63,845 nucleotides of DNA, filler included, from Octopus bimaculoides (GCF_001194135.2; 7 parts of 7 records of this genome joined end to end with filler, not necessarily neighbours in it), one strand, 5' to 3'; shown: positions 20,808 to 35,036, numbered from the whole stretch's first letter. Notes: generated by a model from the sequence alone, not told the origin. Program-made: numbers and translations.

Positions 20808-23800
20808 CACACGTGTGTATGTGTGTGAGGGTGTGCACTCTCCATTTGAAATACTGATTTTCTTAATAGCACATTTAGTAAACCATATAAAGTGGTTCAT
20901 CTCTTTGAATGCTTGTTTGCTGGACCATTGTGGAAAAATTTCTATCATTTTGCAATTACAGTAATAAGAGAGTTGTGGTTGCTTTTCAGAGCTAAAATAT
21001 ATGTTTTATTTCTCTACTTCTGGTTTGTTTTCTTTTCTAATATATCTGTCTTAAAAATATTTATTGGATAATCTTGTCAGGGCAATCAAAATTATTTAAC
21101 AAATTGCATCAAATGCATCTGAGGTTTTGTTTCTCCTTTTATACTATAGCAAGCCACAGCAAAATTTGATTTGATATACTACCAACATGTCATATTTAAG
21201 GATTATGACGTAAAAATTGGAAATTAGATTAGAAAAAATACTTACAAAAAAGGATTTGCTGAAATTATGCATTACTTCTGCCACACACTTACACATTAAG
21301 TTTCCAAACAATCTTCTAAAATATTTCTTTTTTATTTCTATTGAATAATTTAGTAGCTGTTTCTCTTTCTTGAGTAGAAGCTATTCAATGATCCTTTATT
21401 CATTATGATCTGATTTTATTAAGATAAATAGTTGTAGCGTATTACTCTAACTAGATTTGCAAAGATTTCATTTATTTAATTTCTTACTTCAAATTAGTAT
21501 ATAATATAATTCAGTCTTGGATTACGACTATGGATATAGATTTAAAAAATAAAGAATTCTATAGCTTAGCTTTGGTGGGTAGGGGTAGATGAAATCAATT
21601 GTTTTAACTTACTTCAGTTCATGATAGTGAGTATTCTGAAGGAGGACTTTTATGAATACATCTCAGATGTGAGAGCAATAGTCCAAGGTTATATTAAAAG
21701 TTACTCAAATATTTGTCATGTTTTTGTCTCAACAAAGAACAGATCATCCAAGGACTCTATTGCTATTAAAAAAAATATTGAAATATTTGATAAATGTTCA
21801 GATAATCTCCTGACATGGAAAATTGGTTTGGTAATTTGGCCTGCCACTCTGATTGGTTGTGTATTCAAATCCATTGCAGGTATTCTATTAGCTATTGGAG
21901 AAGACTACTTCATTCCATGTGCCTCAGTTCACCTAGTTGTTGGGAGAAATTATAAGAACATCTAAGAAAGTTTCCTGTGACATTTTGTCCAGGGGAAGAT
22001 TTGTTTTTCTTTTCACTTAATGCTACAAAAACTGATGTTAAGTAGCAGCATATAAATTCCTGGAGTTTATGAATGGATTAACTATTTTAACATTACTTAT
22101 TATAACAAATATGTATTTCTTTAAATGTAAACATATTTAATGAATTTGAAATACTACAACATTATAAGAATTGTTTAACTTTGACAAAAGGGCATTAAGG
22201 GAAACATTAGTACAGCTATCTTTGTTACCTTTAAAATATATACTTATAGTGCTGGCAAAGATAAATTAAATGAATATTTTTTCATTGTGAAAAGGAATAT
22301 CAGAGGTTATTTCCTTTCTTAGTTTTTGTTAGTGTAAATTACAAGCAACTACAAAGAGTCTCTTGAATGTATTTATTAGATAGTTAACCATTCTCCTGAT
22401 TTGTTTCTTTCAACAGCAAATGAAGAGTTAGGATTATAAATGACTGTGTGAAAGTTGAGTTGAGCCACGAATACATCAATACATTTAACAGAGTGCCTTA
22501 TGTTTACTTTTGTGCTTGCATATTTGTTTATATGATTACGTGCATGTGTGTGTTGTATCTGAATTTTCAGAACTAAACATAGTATTTGGGAAATAAATAT
22601 GTCATGTTTGTTTTAAAATCATTTCCTTAGATAAACTAATTTGCTTACAAGAAAATATCTCTTTTGTGTAAATCTTGATACTTCAAAATTTCCTGTGACA
22701 GAGATTTGCAAATGAATTTGCCACCTTTTCACATGTGGCAAAAAATACCCTACAAACTGAATTATGCCTTATATGTCATTAGCTTATATCTTGTGTGTTC
22801 ACTGAGAATAAGATCTCATAAATTATTGAATCACTGAGTTTTCCTACTACAGAATTGATGAATGTTTTTTTTTTTTCCTCCTTATTGCTTGTTTAAATAT
22901 GTTAAATATTTTCGTATCTTAATTACATACTTATTAAATCTGAAGCTTGATAGTGTCACTGGTGGTGAAACTTGCAGTCCAGATGCCAAGCTCTGCAACC
23001 AACCAAACGTTTGCAATTGTTATCAAGCTACTCTTTTATAGAGTGTTTGGCAATCAATTACTAGTTAACAGTTAATATTTGTTTCAAACATATAAAAATA
23101 TATATATATATACATAATAATCTATATTTTTATTGATTAATCGAAAGTACTTTGCTAGAGATGGAATTATGTGATGAAAAAAAAAAATGGGTGGGTTTGT
23201 TTTCTTTTATTTTTCAATTTTTTTTTTGTCATAATGTTATTTTAGTCTCCTTTTACAGCTTCCCTCTTCTATGTAAGGCCACTTCCGTTCTTTATGTTAA
23301 ATGTTAAAATATCCAGTTATTCATTTTGCTTTTGTGATGTATAGTTTTGCATTTGAGATGAACATTACATCAACATTAGATGAATGTTACCTGTTGTTGT
23401 GTGCCTCAGAAATGTAACAGAAAAGTAACGTTTTGTGGACTTAAATGTTAACATTCTGTAAAATATTTTTAACCAAAACTATCATCATCATTGTTATTTT
23501 TTATTTTTATTTATTTTAATTTTTTTTGATATTGCATTTACACTAGATTTTAGAAAGTAACTTAGATTGGATCATTGATACTGAGCTTCTGCTTTGTGGT
23601 TATTTCTTATGAAACAGATAATGCAAATCCAGAAGTATTGATCTTCTGTAATAAAACAAGTAACTTAGCATTGGATTGACCAAAACCTTGTGTAGTTGAT
23701 GGAAACTGTGTGGAAGCTCATTGGAGAGACTGTTCCTGTTCTTAAATGGCACACTTAATCAGCCATCTAAGATTAAGTGTGCCAATTTTATACCCTCACC

Positions 23801-24430
23801 TGGCTATTGGGTGACTCAGTTGAATCCATTCCATTTCATGCATTCAGGCCAGGTTTTCTATCTGAGGATAACATCCTGCTACCAGTCTCAGAGACCCCTG
23901 CAAAAGTACATGAGCACTATCCTCCCTCCTCTCAATAAGCCATGTACAAATACTTTAATGAAACCCTTATATAGTTTTTCATAACATCAACATTGTTCTG
24001 TACTGAACACATTAAATAAAATCATTCAAACAATTGATTTTTTTCTTCCCTCATCTCCATCATTTGGAAAGGGTAAACTGTACAGACTATCATTTGTTGT
24101 AATCATGTGATGGTATTAAAAAAATTCCATCAAATTATTTATAAAATCATATATATATATATTATTATATTATATATGTGTTTATTATGTGTATATAAAT
24201 ATATGTATGCCTATAAATATGTATATATGCATATATATGTATATATATATAAATATATGTATGTATATAAATATGTGTTTATATTTATGTGTATATAAAT
24301 ATATGTATGTATATAGATATATATAAATATATATGTATATAAATATGTGTATATACATATATATATGTATGTGTATATATATGTTTGTATATAAATACAT
24401 GTGTATATGTATATATATAAATTATATATA

Positions 24431-24462
<32 letters not shown>

Positions 24463-24466
24463 TATA

Positions 24467-25876
24467 CAGTGGTGCTATTTAATTTAAGAACACTTGTATA
24501 CTAATGTTAGAATGGCATTTTTTATGTATTCAAGTTGTAAATTGTGAATTAAGATGTATATCAAAATAAAGAAAATTTCACAAACTTTAATATAGTATAC
24601 AATTTTACAGCATAACATCAACATATTAATTTTAAATTAAAAATAGAGCTTAATTATCATAATTTATAGTGCCATTTAATTTAAGAACGATTTGTAACAT
24701 TTCATTTTTTGCTTAAAAAAATTTATTCTGAGATCAAAACAAAACAGTAATAAGCTCACACAATCAGTATTTGTTTGGGTATCCAAAATTACTTAACACA
24801 GCTTTGCATCTGCGAAACAGAATTGTTCAGATCATTTATCACTGTTCCTGAGATTTTTTCCCAATTTTAGCTAATAATGTTACAAAAGTCATCCTTAATT
24901 TTTGGCTTACTACTTTGCACAGCTCTACCCAAGATCAGCCCAAACGCTTTCGGGCATATAGAAGCATAGTTTTATCCAATATTTCTAGATAGGACTTAGT
25001 ATCCATAATGCCCTTGATTTGGATTATAGGACCAATGCATTTTTCAGATATGCACCCCCACATCATGCTTAATTGTAGGTTGGATGCATTCTGGATGATA
25101 TTCTTTACCTATACACCTTCTTACATACTTCCTGCCATCACTGCTGAACAAGTTGAGCTTTGACTCATCCGACTACAACACATTCGACCAATCTGCTGGA
25201 TTACACTTTTGCAAACTGTATTCGGGCATGTTGATTTTTTTTAAAGAAATGTATGGCTTTTTCCAAGAGACTCTTCCTAGAAGTCCAAATTCTTTGAGAT
25301 GGCTTTATATGGTGGACACTCCAAGGGTAAGTCCATATTTTTGCCGAATTTCTTTCAAAAATGTCAACAGCAGTCATTTTACATTTTTTTAGGGACAGTC
25401 TATCAATGTCTATCCATTCCTGCCGTTGTTTTTCTTGGTTGCCCAGGTTCAGAGCTGTCTTTGTAATCATTAGTTTCTTTACAACAATGGAGAGCATTGT
25501 AGACAGTTTTAGAGCATCCAGCTTCATTTAAAATAGTTTCATATGACTATTTCAGCCTACTAAGCGGAACGATCCTCGCTCTGGTTTCTGGTCTTAACTT
25601 TTGTCTCTTCCCCATCACAACTATTAACTAACTTAAATATTGTAAATTACTCTACCTTTATATTAGTCAATACGGCAAAAAAAACCCCAAAATATGGGAA
25701 ATCATTCTTCAATTCAGTGGCAAGGTAAATTACACAAAATAAAGTTTATTTTTAATTTGATATTTATATGCTGGTTTTGATAGGCATCTTAATTCACAAT
25801 TTACAACTAGAATATATTAAAAAAATGCCATTTTATTATTAGTATACTAGTGTTCTTTAATTAAATGGTGCCACTG
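24467..25876 (-). mobile_element. Tc1-like DNA transposon, degenerate, about 100-bp imperfect TIRs, TA TSD
   Basis: ta|cagtggtgctatttaatttaagaacac.. and ..gtgttctttaattaaatggtgccactg|ta; transposase remnants (SDESK near 25160, ORF 25201-25527). Confidence 0.85.
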
Positions 25877-26099
25877 TAAATTTATATATAAATGTGAGTA
25901 TATATGTATATATCTATATATATATATATATATATATATGTCATCATCATGTTTATATATACATATCAAAATATCTGTCAATATAACATGTAACAATTAT
26001 TCAGTAGCCATTATAAAACTACTGAATAATTGTCACATATTATATTTACAGATAAACTCTTCTTTTTAAACAATATCGAGGTCTCTTTCATTCTTTTGT

Positions 26100-26598
26100 T
26101 GTCTTGCCATTTCTAGCAATATATATATATATATATATATNNNNNNNNNNNNNNNNNNNNNNNNNNNNNNNNNNNNNNNNNNNNNNNNNNNNNNNNNNNN
26201 NNNNNNNNNNNNNNNNNNNNNNNNNNNNNNNNNNNNNNNNNNNNNNNNNNNNNNNNNNNNNNNNNNNNNNNNNNNNNNNNNNNNNNNNNNNNNNNNNNNN
26301 NNNNNNNNNNNNNNNNNNNNNNNNNNNNNNNNNNNNNNNNNNNNNNNNNNNNNNNNNNNNNNNNNNNNNNNNNNNNNNNNNNNNNNNNNNNNNNNNNNNN
26401 NNNNNNNNNNNNNNNNNNNNNNNNNNNNNNNNNNNNNNNNNNNNNNNNNNNNNNNNNNNNNNNNNNNNNNNNNNNNNNNNNNNNNNNNNNNNNNNNNNNN
26501 NNNNNNNNNNNNNNNNNNNNNNNNNNNNNNNNNNNNNNNNNNNNNNNNNNNNNNNNNNNNNNNNNNNNNNNNNNNNNNNNNNNNNNNNNNNNNNNNNN

Positions 26599-26629
<31 letters not shown>

Positions 26630-26716
26630 GTATATGTATATAAATATACTTGTGTATATATATATATGTATATATATATATATAAATATATATGTGTATA
26701 TATATATATATAAATA

Positions 26717-26750
<34 letters not shown>

Positions 26751-26904
26751 CATATGAATATGTAAATATGTGTATAAATAATAATACACATATGAATGGG
26801 TAAATATATATGTATATATATATATCAATATATATATACATTTATATATATATATATAGATGTGTATGTATGTATATATCAATATGTATATAGATATAGA
26901 TGTA

Positions 26905-26973
<69 letters not shown>

Positions 26974-27217
26974 GTGTGTGTGTGTATATATATATATTTA
27001 AACATGTATGTATATGTATATATATATATATTGAATATATATGTATATTTAAGTATGTATGTATATGTGTGTATATATATATGTGTGTGTATATATATTT
27101 AAATATGTATATATATCTATTTGAATATGTATATATATTTAGATATGTATGTATATGTGTATATATATTATATAGAGATATGTATGTATGTGTGTATATA
27201 TATATATAAAGATGTGC

Positions 27218-27262
<45 letters not shown>

Positions 27263-27692
27263 TGTATATATATTCTTTTGTTTCAGTCGTTTGACTGTGG
27301 CTATGCTGGAGCACCACCATTTCTATAAATATAAATATGTATATATAAATATATACATATAAAGATGTAAATATATATATATATATATATATGTATATTT
27401 ATAAGTATGTATATATATTTATATATATATATGTGTGTGTATATATATAAATATGTTTATATATATATAAATATGTATATATATGTATATACATATATAT
27501 GTGTGTGTGTGTATGTATATATATATATGTGTGTATAAATATCTATATAAAAATATATGAATATATGCATAAACGAATATATATATACAAAAGAGTATAT
27601 GTATATATATATACACATATATATACATATATATATATATATAAATATGTATATATATGTATACATATATATATATACATATGTATACATTC

Positions 27693-27751
<59 letters not shown>

Positions 27752-27900
27752 TCCCTCCACCATCGCTTGACAACTATTCGGCAAAAGAGACCAATAGTCT
27801 TAGAAAGAATTAGTCCTGGGTTATTTTCTTCGACTGTCAAATGACTGAAACAAGTCAAAGGGTAAGAGAATATGCATATATATATATAATATATATATAG

Positions 27901-27939
<39 letters not shown>

Positions 27940-28222
27940 TACATATATATATATATGGAAGAGTATGCATGGCATTCAATCATATATTAATATTAATAAT
28001 GTATATATAGTATATATTCGATACCATCATCGTTTATCGTTTAACGTCTGCTTTCCATGCTAGCATGGGTTGGACAATTTGACTGAGGAGTGGTGAGCCA
28101 GATGGCTACACCAGGCTCCAATCTGATTTGGCAGAGTTTCTACAGCTGGATGCCCTTCCTGACGCCAACCACTCCGAGAGTGTAGTGGGTGCCTTTACGT
28201 GCCACCAATGTATAAATATATA

Positions 28223-28260
<38 letters not shown>

Positions 28261-29470
28261 ATATGATGATGAAATATATATATATTTATATATAAATGTA
28301 TGTATATACCTATAAATATATGTATATAAATATATGCATATATATATATATATATGTATGTATATTTATATATNNNNNNNNNNNNNNNNNNNNNNNNNNN
28401 NNNNNNNNNNNNNNNNNNNNNNNNNNNNNNNNNNNNNNNNNNNNNNNNNNNNNNNNNNNNNNNNNNNNNNNNNNNNNNNNNNNNNNNNNNNNNNNNNNNN
28501 NNNNNNNNNNNNNNNNNNNNNNNNNNNNNNNNNNNNNNNNNNNNNNNNNNNNNNNNNNNNNNNNNNNNNNNNNNNNNNNNNNNNNNNNNNNNNNNNNNNN
28601 NNNNNNNNNNATAATATATGTATGTATAAATATTTATAATATCTATATATGTATGTATAATATATATATGTATATAAGGATATGTATAAATAAATATACA
28701 TAGATATACATATATGTGTATATAATATATATATATACCAGTCCTCAGTCAAATCGTCCAACCCATGCTAGCATGGAAAGCGAACGTTAAACGATGATGA
28801 TGATAGATATATATGTATAAGTATATATAATATCTATGATATATAATATATAAATGTATATATATGATATATATATATAATATATAATATATAAATGTCT
28901 ATATGAATATATAAATATGCGTATATATCTATATGTGTATATATGTATATCTTTATATGTGTGTATATGTACATATATGTATATATGCATGTATATATAT
29001 ATGTTTATGTGTTTATGTAGGTATAGACGTGTGTGTTCATATATGTGTTTGTATGTATATGTGTGTGTGTGTGTGTATATGTATATTATTTCTTTGTTGA
29101 TGTATGTATATATCTGCGTATATGTGTATATATGTATGTATATTTGTGTATATGTTTATATATGTGTGTGTGTGTATATATATAATGTGTCTATATGTGT
29201 ATGTGTTTATGTATATATGTGTATATGTATATATATATGTCTATGTATATATATATGTGTGTGTGTATGTATGTATATATGTGTATATCCATATATATGT
29301 ATAGATATGTATATCTCTGTGTGTATATTTGTGTGTATATATATATATATATGTGTGTGTATCTATGTATTTATATACGTGTATATGTATGTATGCATAT
29401 ATGTATTCATGTGTGTATACATATATTACATATATATATGTATATATGTGTGTATATATATATATAGATA
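26100..29470. repeat. Large (TA)n/(TG)n/(TATG)n microsatellite field with N gaps and embedded SINE/RTE tail fragments
   Basis: Seen directly; similar smaller fields at 19480-19730 and 24150-24465. Confidence 0.95.
28005..28205 (-). mobile_element. RTE-type 3'-tail repeat; partial inverted copy at 28738-28802
   Basis: catcatcgttt..ttaacgtctgctttccatgctagcatgggttggac..ggatgcccttcctgacgccaacc. Confidence 0.7.
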
Positions 29471-29894
29471 GATATATAATACCTATGTATATAAGGGAAA
29501 TATGTAGAGAATCCTTTATTGTTTTTGAGAGAAATTCAAGATACTGAAAATGACATTGAAGATTGCCAACATAATATCATTAGAAATGGTTGCTAGTATA
29601 AAACAACCTTTATGCTCTCTACTTACTCCGCTGTGTCTACAATATGAGAAATACTTATATATAAACAGCAGTCTGTATACATTGTTACATTTCTATATCA
29701 CTCAGTATTTCACATAAAATTTCTTAGTTTTATTTTTTTTTTTTTTGACATCTTCATTATCACAATAAAACTTTGTTTCAAACTTATGATAATTTAATAT
29801 CAGTGTTTTTATTTGTAATTTATTTAAAAAAAAATTTTTTTTACTTTGTCAGTGTACTGAAAACATTGCATTTATATATCTGTTACTAGTAATT

Positions 29895-31365
29895 ATTACT
29901 ACTATTACTTTATTTACATTTGATGGATATTTGTCCTCATCTTGTTTGTTGTTAACACGACATTTTGACTGATATACTCTCCAGCCTCCATCAGGTGTGT
30001 TGGAGGAAATTTCGAACCTGGGTTCTCATTCCTAAGGTATTTTTTGATGATATTATTAGTTAGGTCACTGCCTGGAATTGAACTCGAAATCTTGGGGTTA
30101 TTAGCCGATGCCCTTAACCACTACACCATATGCCTGTGTGCAATTATGGAGTGAATTTTAGGGCTTATAAATCTAATATTCTCCTATCTTTCCTTAATAC
30201 CAGTTCCGAATGCTGTTCATATCTGCACTCGGTCTGCGTAGGAGGTTGTTGTGTCCTAGCATATATGTGCTGCTTCTTATAGTTTTTGTTTTTTCCAGTG
30301 GTATTCTTTGTCTATTATTTTAACTTCATCCCACAGTGGGAGGTTGTCTCCATTTTTCCATACATGATCATCTATACCCGATTTATCAATATCTCCTCAT
30401 GTCACAGCTTTGCGATGTTCGTCTACCCTTATTCTGAGGGGGCAGCATGTTTCACCTTTGTATAACCTACCACAGCTGCATGGGATGGAGTACACGCAGT
30501 CTTGGGTCATATTCTCTTCTGTTGGTGGTTTTACTTGAAGGAGATATTTGCGAAGTGTTGTATTACTCTTGAATACTGTCCTGATGTCATATGGGTCACA
30601 TATCTTTTGTATCTTTTCGGAGAGGCTTTTCACATAGAGTAGACAGACTGTGAACAGTTTATTGGCTTCATCCTCTCTTTTCTTCATAATTGGAGTGGAT
30701 AGTATGTTTTGCGGGTAGTTGTTACCTAGCTTGATCATTTCTTCGTGGTAGGTATCACAATCACTACTTATATTCTTTGCTCGATGTTTTAGGCAGCGAG
30801 CAATCCCTCTCTTTACACTGTATGGATGGTGGGAATTGAAGTTGAGGTATCATCCAGTGAAGGTCAGCTTGTGGTATACAGATGTCCTGAATCCATACTT
30901 GGTGCATGTTATTAATTCGTCCAGGAATGCTAGCTGATTGTCTTTTTCCTTTTCCATTGTGAACTGTATGGATGGCTTTATTGAGTTCACATGATCTAAC
31001 AGCATTTGGACATCTTCCTGATGGGGCCAGAGCATGAAGGTGTCATCAACATATCGCAGCCATAGTGTTGGTTTTAGTGATGTTGATCCTAAAGCCAAAT
31101 TCTCAAAGTATTCCATGTATATATTGGCTATTATCAGTGATAATGGCGAACCCATAGCTAAACCTTCTTGTCGATATATATCAGTGACCATACTGAAGTA
31201 AGTAGTTTCTACACAGAAGGTCAACATTTCCATCAGGTTTCTTATTGGTATACTAGTGCATTCTTTTAGATGGGTGTCTGTCACTAGTTTTTCCTGAATC
31301 ACCGATAGTGCTTCACCAGTTGGGACTTTGGTGAACAGACTTATCACATCTAAACTCCAAGATTG
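29895..31365 (-). mobile_element. Penelope-like element, family 1 copy B, with tRNA-like segment (30063-30134) and hammerhead (29953-29998)
   Basis: ORFs 30850-31371 (SLDVISLFTK, GLAMGSPLS, WLRYVDDTF, QFTMEKE) and 30397-30738 (CVYSIPCSCGRLYKGET); colinear with copy A. Confidence 0.93.
29953..29998 (-). ncRNA. Minimal type I hammerhead ribozyme, degenerate copy
   Basis: Minus strand ACAC-CTGATGG-A-GGCTG-gagagtatat-CAGTC-AAAATGTC-GTGTT; GTGT pairs with ACAC (stem I); GUC cleavage triplet. Confidence 0.7.
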
Positions 31366-31371
31366 GGGCAC

Positions 31372-31668
31372 CAGTTATGCTGCTTCGAAACCTCAATGTA
31401 CCAAAGCTTTGCAACGGCACACAACTTATAATAAAGATGATGATGCTAACAGTCTTGGAGACAACAATTTTGACTGGTAAAGCAAGCAGTGAGCCTGTAT
31501 TCATTCCTAGAATTCCACTTATTCCTTTGGATATGTCTTTCCAGTACAAGCGCCTGCAATTCCCGTTGAAAGTGAGCTTTGCAATGAGCTTTAACAAAGT
31601 CCAGGAGCAGTCCTTGAACATGGTCGGTCTGAACCTTGCAGAACCAGTTTTCTCCCATGGTCAACTTG
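31372..31668 (+). mobile_element. Helitron RepHel PIF1-type helicase C-terminal fragment
   Basis: MLLRNL..KLCNGTQL..ILTGK..VFIPRIPL..RLQFPLKVSFAMSFNKVQEQSL.MVGLNL..PVFSHGQL. Confidence 0.9.
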
Positions 31669-32739
31669 AACTCCTATGTTCTATATACTCTGGGAATGCC
31701 TTAAAGCCCTTTTCGAGGCTACTTTTGACTTCACAATTTGGGTATTTATGACTTATTGGGAATTCCTAAAAACAAGATCCTGTGTAAGACAGTTCTGTAT
31801 TCTCTGTAAAAGCACAAAAACCGTTTTAAGAGCTACATACTTTGTGTTGTTGTTATTGGATTAGCGAAACAATTATGAGAACAGAACTAAGGGATAAGCC
31901 CTGCTTTTCCGGGAATTACCAGATATGTCAACTAGTTACTAATAGTAATAACTGTTTATCATTTTGACATAATTCCATATATTTTGGTGAGAGGAATAGT
32001 TAATTGACCTGTTAGCATTTAAACTGGCCAAAATATTCTACCTGTTTTATGTTCAAATTGGACAAATCTGGTCTCTCACATCTACCTTACAATGTCATTC
32101 TAAAAGTAAACAACCACATCATTGAAATCTCAAAGCTATGAGATTAATTAAAAATGATTTGAATGTATAAGCATTATATTTAACAAATTATTCTGAATGC
32201 AAAAGGGTTAAATCAACTATGAGATGATAAGAACAAAGTTTGATTTGGGTGAAATTTGAACTTTGATTGTAAGAGGACATACTAAGTGCTGGAAGTAATT
32301 TTTGTCTGATTGTCTACTGATTCTGCCATTCACTTACTACTTTTTAATAAGTTTTTGACACAAGATTCGTGACCACATGTTGGGAGATGTGATGGTGATA
32401 ATGTTGGTGTAATCAATTAAATAGACCACAGTATTTTGCTGTTAATTATTTTATCAAACCTGGAAGGATGAAAGAGAAAGCCTGCAATGGTAAGGGATAT
32501 AACTTAAGACCACGCAAATATTTTGTCTAGCTCTGCTGTTTTTGTCAATTACTATTCTCTACTTGTATGAGCCAGCAAAAGAAACTTCTTCATGATCTTT
32601 TAACCTACAATAAAAAAAAAAGCAGTCATATTTCCTGTAACCCACATCATCTCCCCTTATAAAAAGAAGGACACAGTAAATAAAGTACTCTTATATACTG
32701 TTCTGGAGCAAAACAATAACTAATAACGATTTTTTATTT

Positions 32740-33160
32740 TGGCACAACGTTAACAGGTTTTGGTGGTGGTGGTGATGGGGGTCTAGTCAATTGCATTGAC
32801 TCCAGTACTTGATTGGTACTTATTTTATTGACCCTGAAATGGTGAAAGGCAAATTTGACTTTGGCAGAATTTGAACTCAGAACATAAAGATGGACAAAAT
32901 GTTACTAAGCATTTTGCCCAGTGTGTTAACAGTTCTGCCAGCTCACCACCTTCATAATAACTAATAATTTCTTATACAAGCACAAGGCCAAAAATTTGAG
33001 GGGAGGTAACCATTGGTTAACTCAGTTCCTGCACATAACTGGTACTTTATTTTATGAAACTCAGATGGACAAAAGGCAGAAGTTGACTATGGCAAGATTT
33101 GAGCAAATATCAGAAGACATTTTTATCAGATGCTCTACCGATTCTGCTATCCAAACTATT
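32740..33160 (-). mobile_element. Two diverged family A SINE copies
   Basis: Reverse complements of the head (ggtggtgagctggcagaac), gagttcaaattctgcc and tttgcctttcac. Confidence 0.65.
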
Positions 33161-33917
33161 AAGAAGCATAGAGTTATTTAAGTCAACTGATCAAATCAAC
33201 CCTATGATTAACTTTCTATTTATGACCATCTTGGGTTTTTTTTAGGTATTGTATATCTTGGACTACACTACCTATTGTTACATTTTTATGGGAGTAGGGT
33301 ATAATTTGAGGAAAATTTAGCTGTTTCTGCTAGCAAGCCAAGCAACCACAGAGTGTTCCTTCATTAGTTTTTATTTATTTTGTCATAAGGGCAGAGTTGT
33401 ACTTATGACATTTTACAGGTCTTCTGAGATGGGGTAGGAGAAAGGTATCCTCAAACCAAAGGCCTGGCTTGAAATCTTTCTACAGAGTGGACCCTGTTAA
33501 AGGTGCTGAAATAAACATTAGCAAAACACCTCTGATAATTCACTGCCATTAGTGAAAAGAGTAGTAATAATATTGCATGAGTTTAAAAAAACACTGGAGG
33601 TTCACCTGATTATTTATCCTTCCATTGGCAGCAGAGTAATAATCATCATCATCATTAATTTCTTGATGAGAGAGAGCTTTTGTGTAGTCACTTCACATGC
33701 TTGCATTAGAGTGTAAATCTCTTTCAAATTATACATCCTTCTATTTTTGAAAAAGGAAGGATACATTGGATCATGTGATCTTTCATAAACTATCTCTGAA
33801 AACAAGCTAGGATAGTCATGGCTGAAATGTCTTTGACTATATGTTTGTTCTGTCAGTGCTGACCTGGGTCTAACAATATGGTTATATGAAATACAGAAAT
33901 TATTATTATTATTATTT

Positions 33918-34760
33918 CCGAAAGACTTTCCGGTTGGGAACTATCATGGATAATTTCCAGATGTCCTTGGCCTGGCAGTGCTATTGGGGGCAGGGGCGCT
34001 ACTGGTTCGAAATAAACTCTACAGGCATGGATGTCTGTAAGACGAGCTTGTCCAAGGTGCGCACAGAGTGATGAAACCATTCTGCACACCTTTGTTCAGT
34101 GTCTGGGCATTTCTGACTTGTAGGATTATATCGAACAGCTGCTGTTATGTGTGGGATGGATCCATCTGTTGGCCAAGTCTGTAGTGATGATCGCACCACT
34201 ACCCTCCTTCAATTGGTCAGGCAAGGCATTTTCCCTTTGCCTGGTAGCTGTGGTGAAAGAGGTTGTTTGGTGGACAAGGCTGAAAGGCATGAAGACAGAT
34301 AGATTCCTCTTTGGTAGAGCTCTCATTGACTTCAAGTTTCACTTGAAAAGGAAATTGAGAGTGGAGAGGGAAGTGATGTCCTTGAGTGAGTTTATTGAAA
34401 GGTGGGTGAAAGTTGTGAAAATGGTAAGAATGGATGGTACCTCTCTAAGTGTAGACCTGTGAGTTGGAGAGAAGGAACTGGAGAGGGCACTTGCTCATGG
34501 GGTTTCAGGGAAATCTCGGACAGTGGGGTTCCTTGATTATCCCTAAAGGCTTCCTGTATCAGGAGGGCCATCTCTATCATCTTCTATGCCACTTTTTTTT
34601 TGTTATCCTTTGTATGCTGTGCACATGTCCCTTTTTCAGTGTATACCATGTATACTTTCTTTCTTTCATTTTTTTTTTATCATTTCATTATATGTAAACC
34701 CCTACCTTTTATGTCTGTCTTTGTATTGTCCCCCTCATCCTTCACCCCTGTGGCAAATAT
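33918..34760 (+). mobile_element. Tx1/L1-clade LINE 3' end (ORF2 C-terminal zinc-binding region plus 3' UTR), flanked by (ATT)n
   Basis: Hand translation CPRCAQSDETILHTFVQC (zf-RVT-like CxxC..ET..H...C), continuing into ORF 34151-34462. Confidence 0.75.
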
Positions 34761-34791
34761 ATGATATCATTATTATTATTATTATTATTAA

Positions 34792-35000
34792 GGTGGTGAG
34801 CTGGCAGAATCACTAGCACAGTTGACAAAATGCTTTGTGGAATTTTGTCCATCTACATTCTGAGTTAAAATTTCGCTGAGGTCAATTTTGGCTTTCATCC
34901 TTTTGGGGTCAATAAAATAAGTACTAGTCAAGCACTGGATTCAATGTAGTTGACTAGCCGACTTCCTCCAAATTTCTGACCTTATGTTTACAGTAGAAAG
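34792..35000 (+). mobile_element. SINE family A (diverged); further copies at about 35045-35150 and 43812-44030
   Basis: aaggtggtgagctggcagaatc..gagttaaaatttc..gctttcatccttttggggtcaataaaataagtac. Confidence 0.75.
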
Positions 35001-35001
35001 G

Positions 35002-35036
<35 letters not shown>

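Noticed and set aside
21621-21965. 114-aa ORF downstream of the zinc-finger gene
   Set aside because: No recognisable motif or splice support; expected by chance
19379-29547. Many ORFs of YI/CV/HT dipeptides, and poly-M/I/S/H ORFs at 43200-45200
   Set aside because: Translations of microsatellites and N gaps
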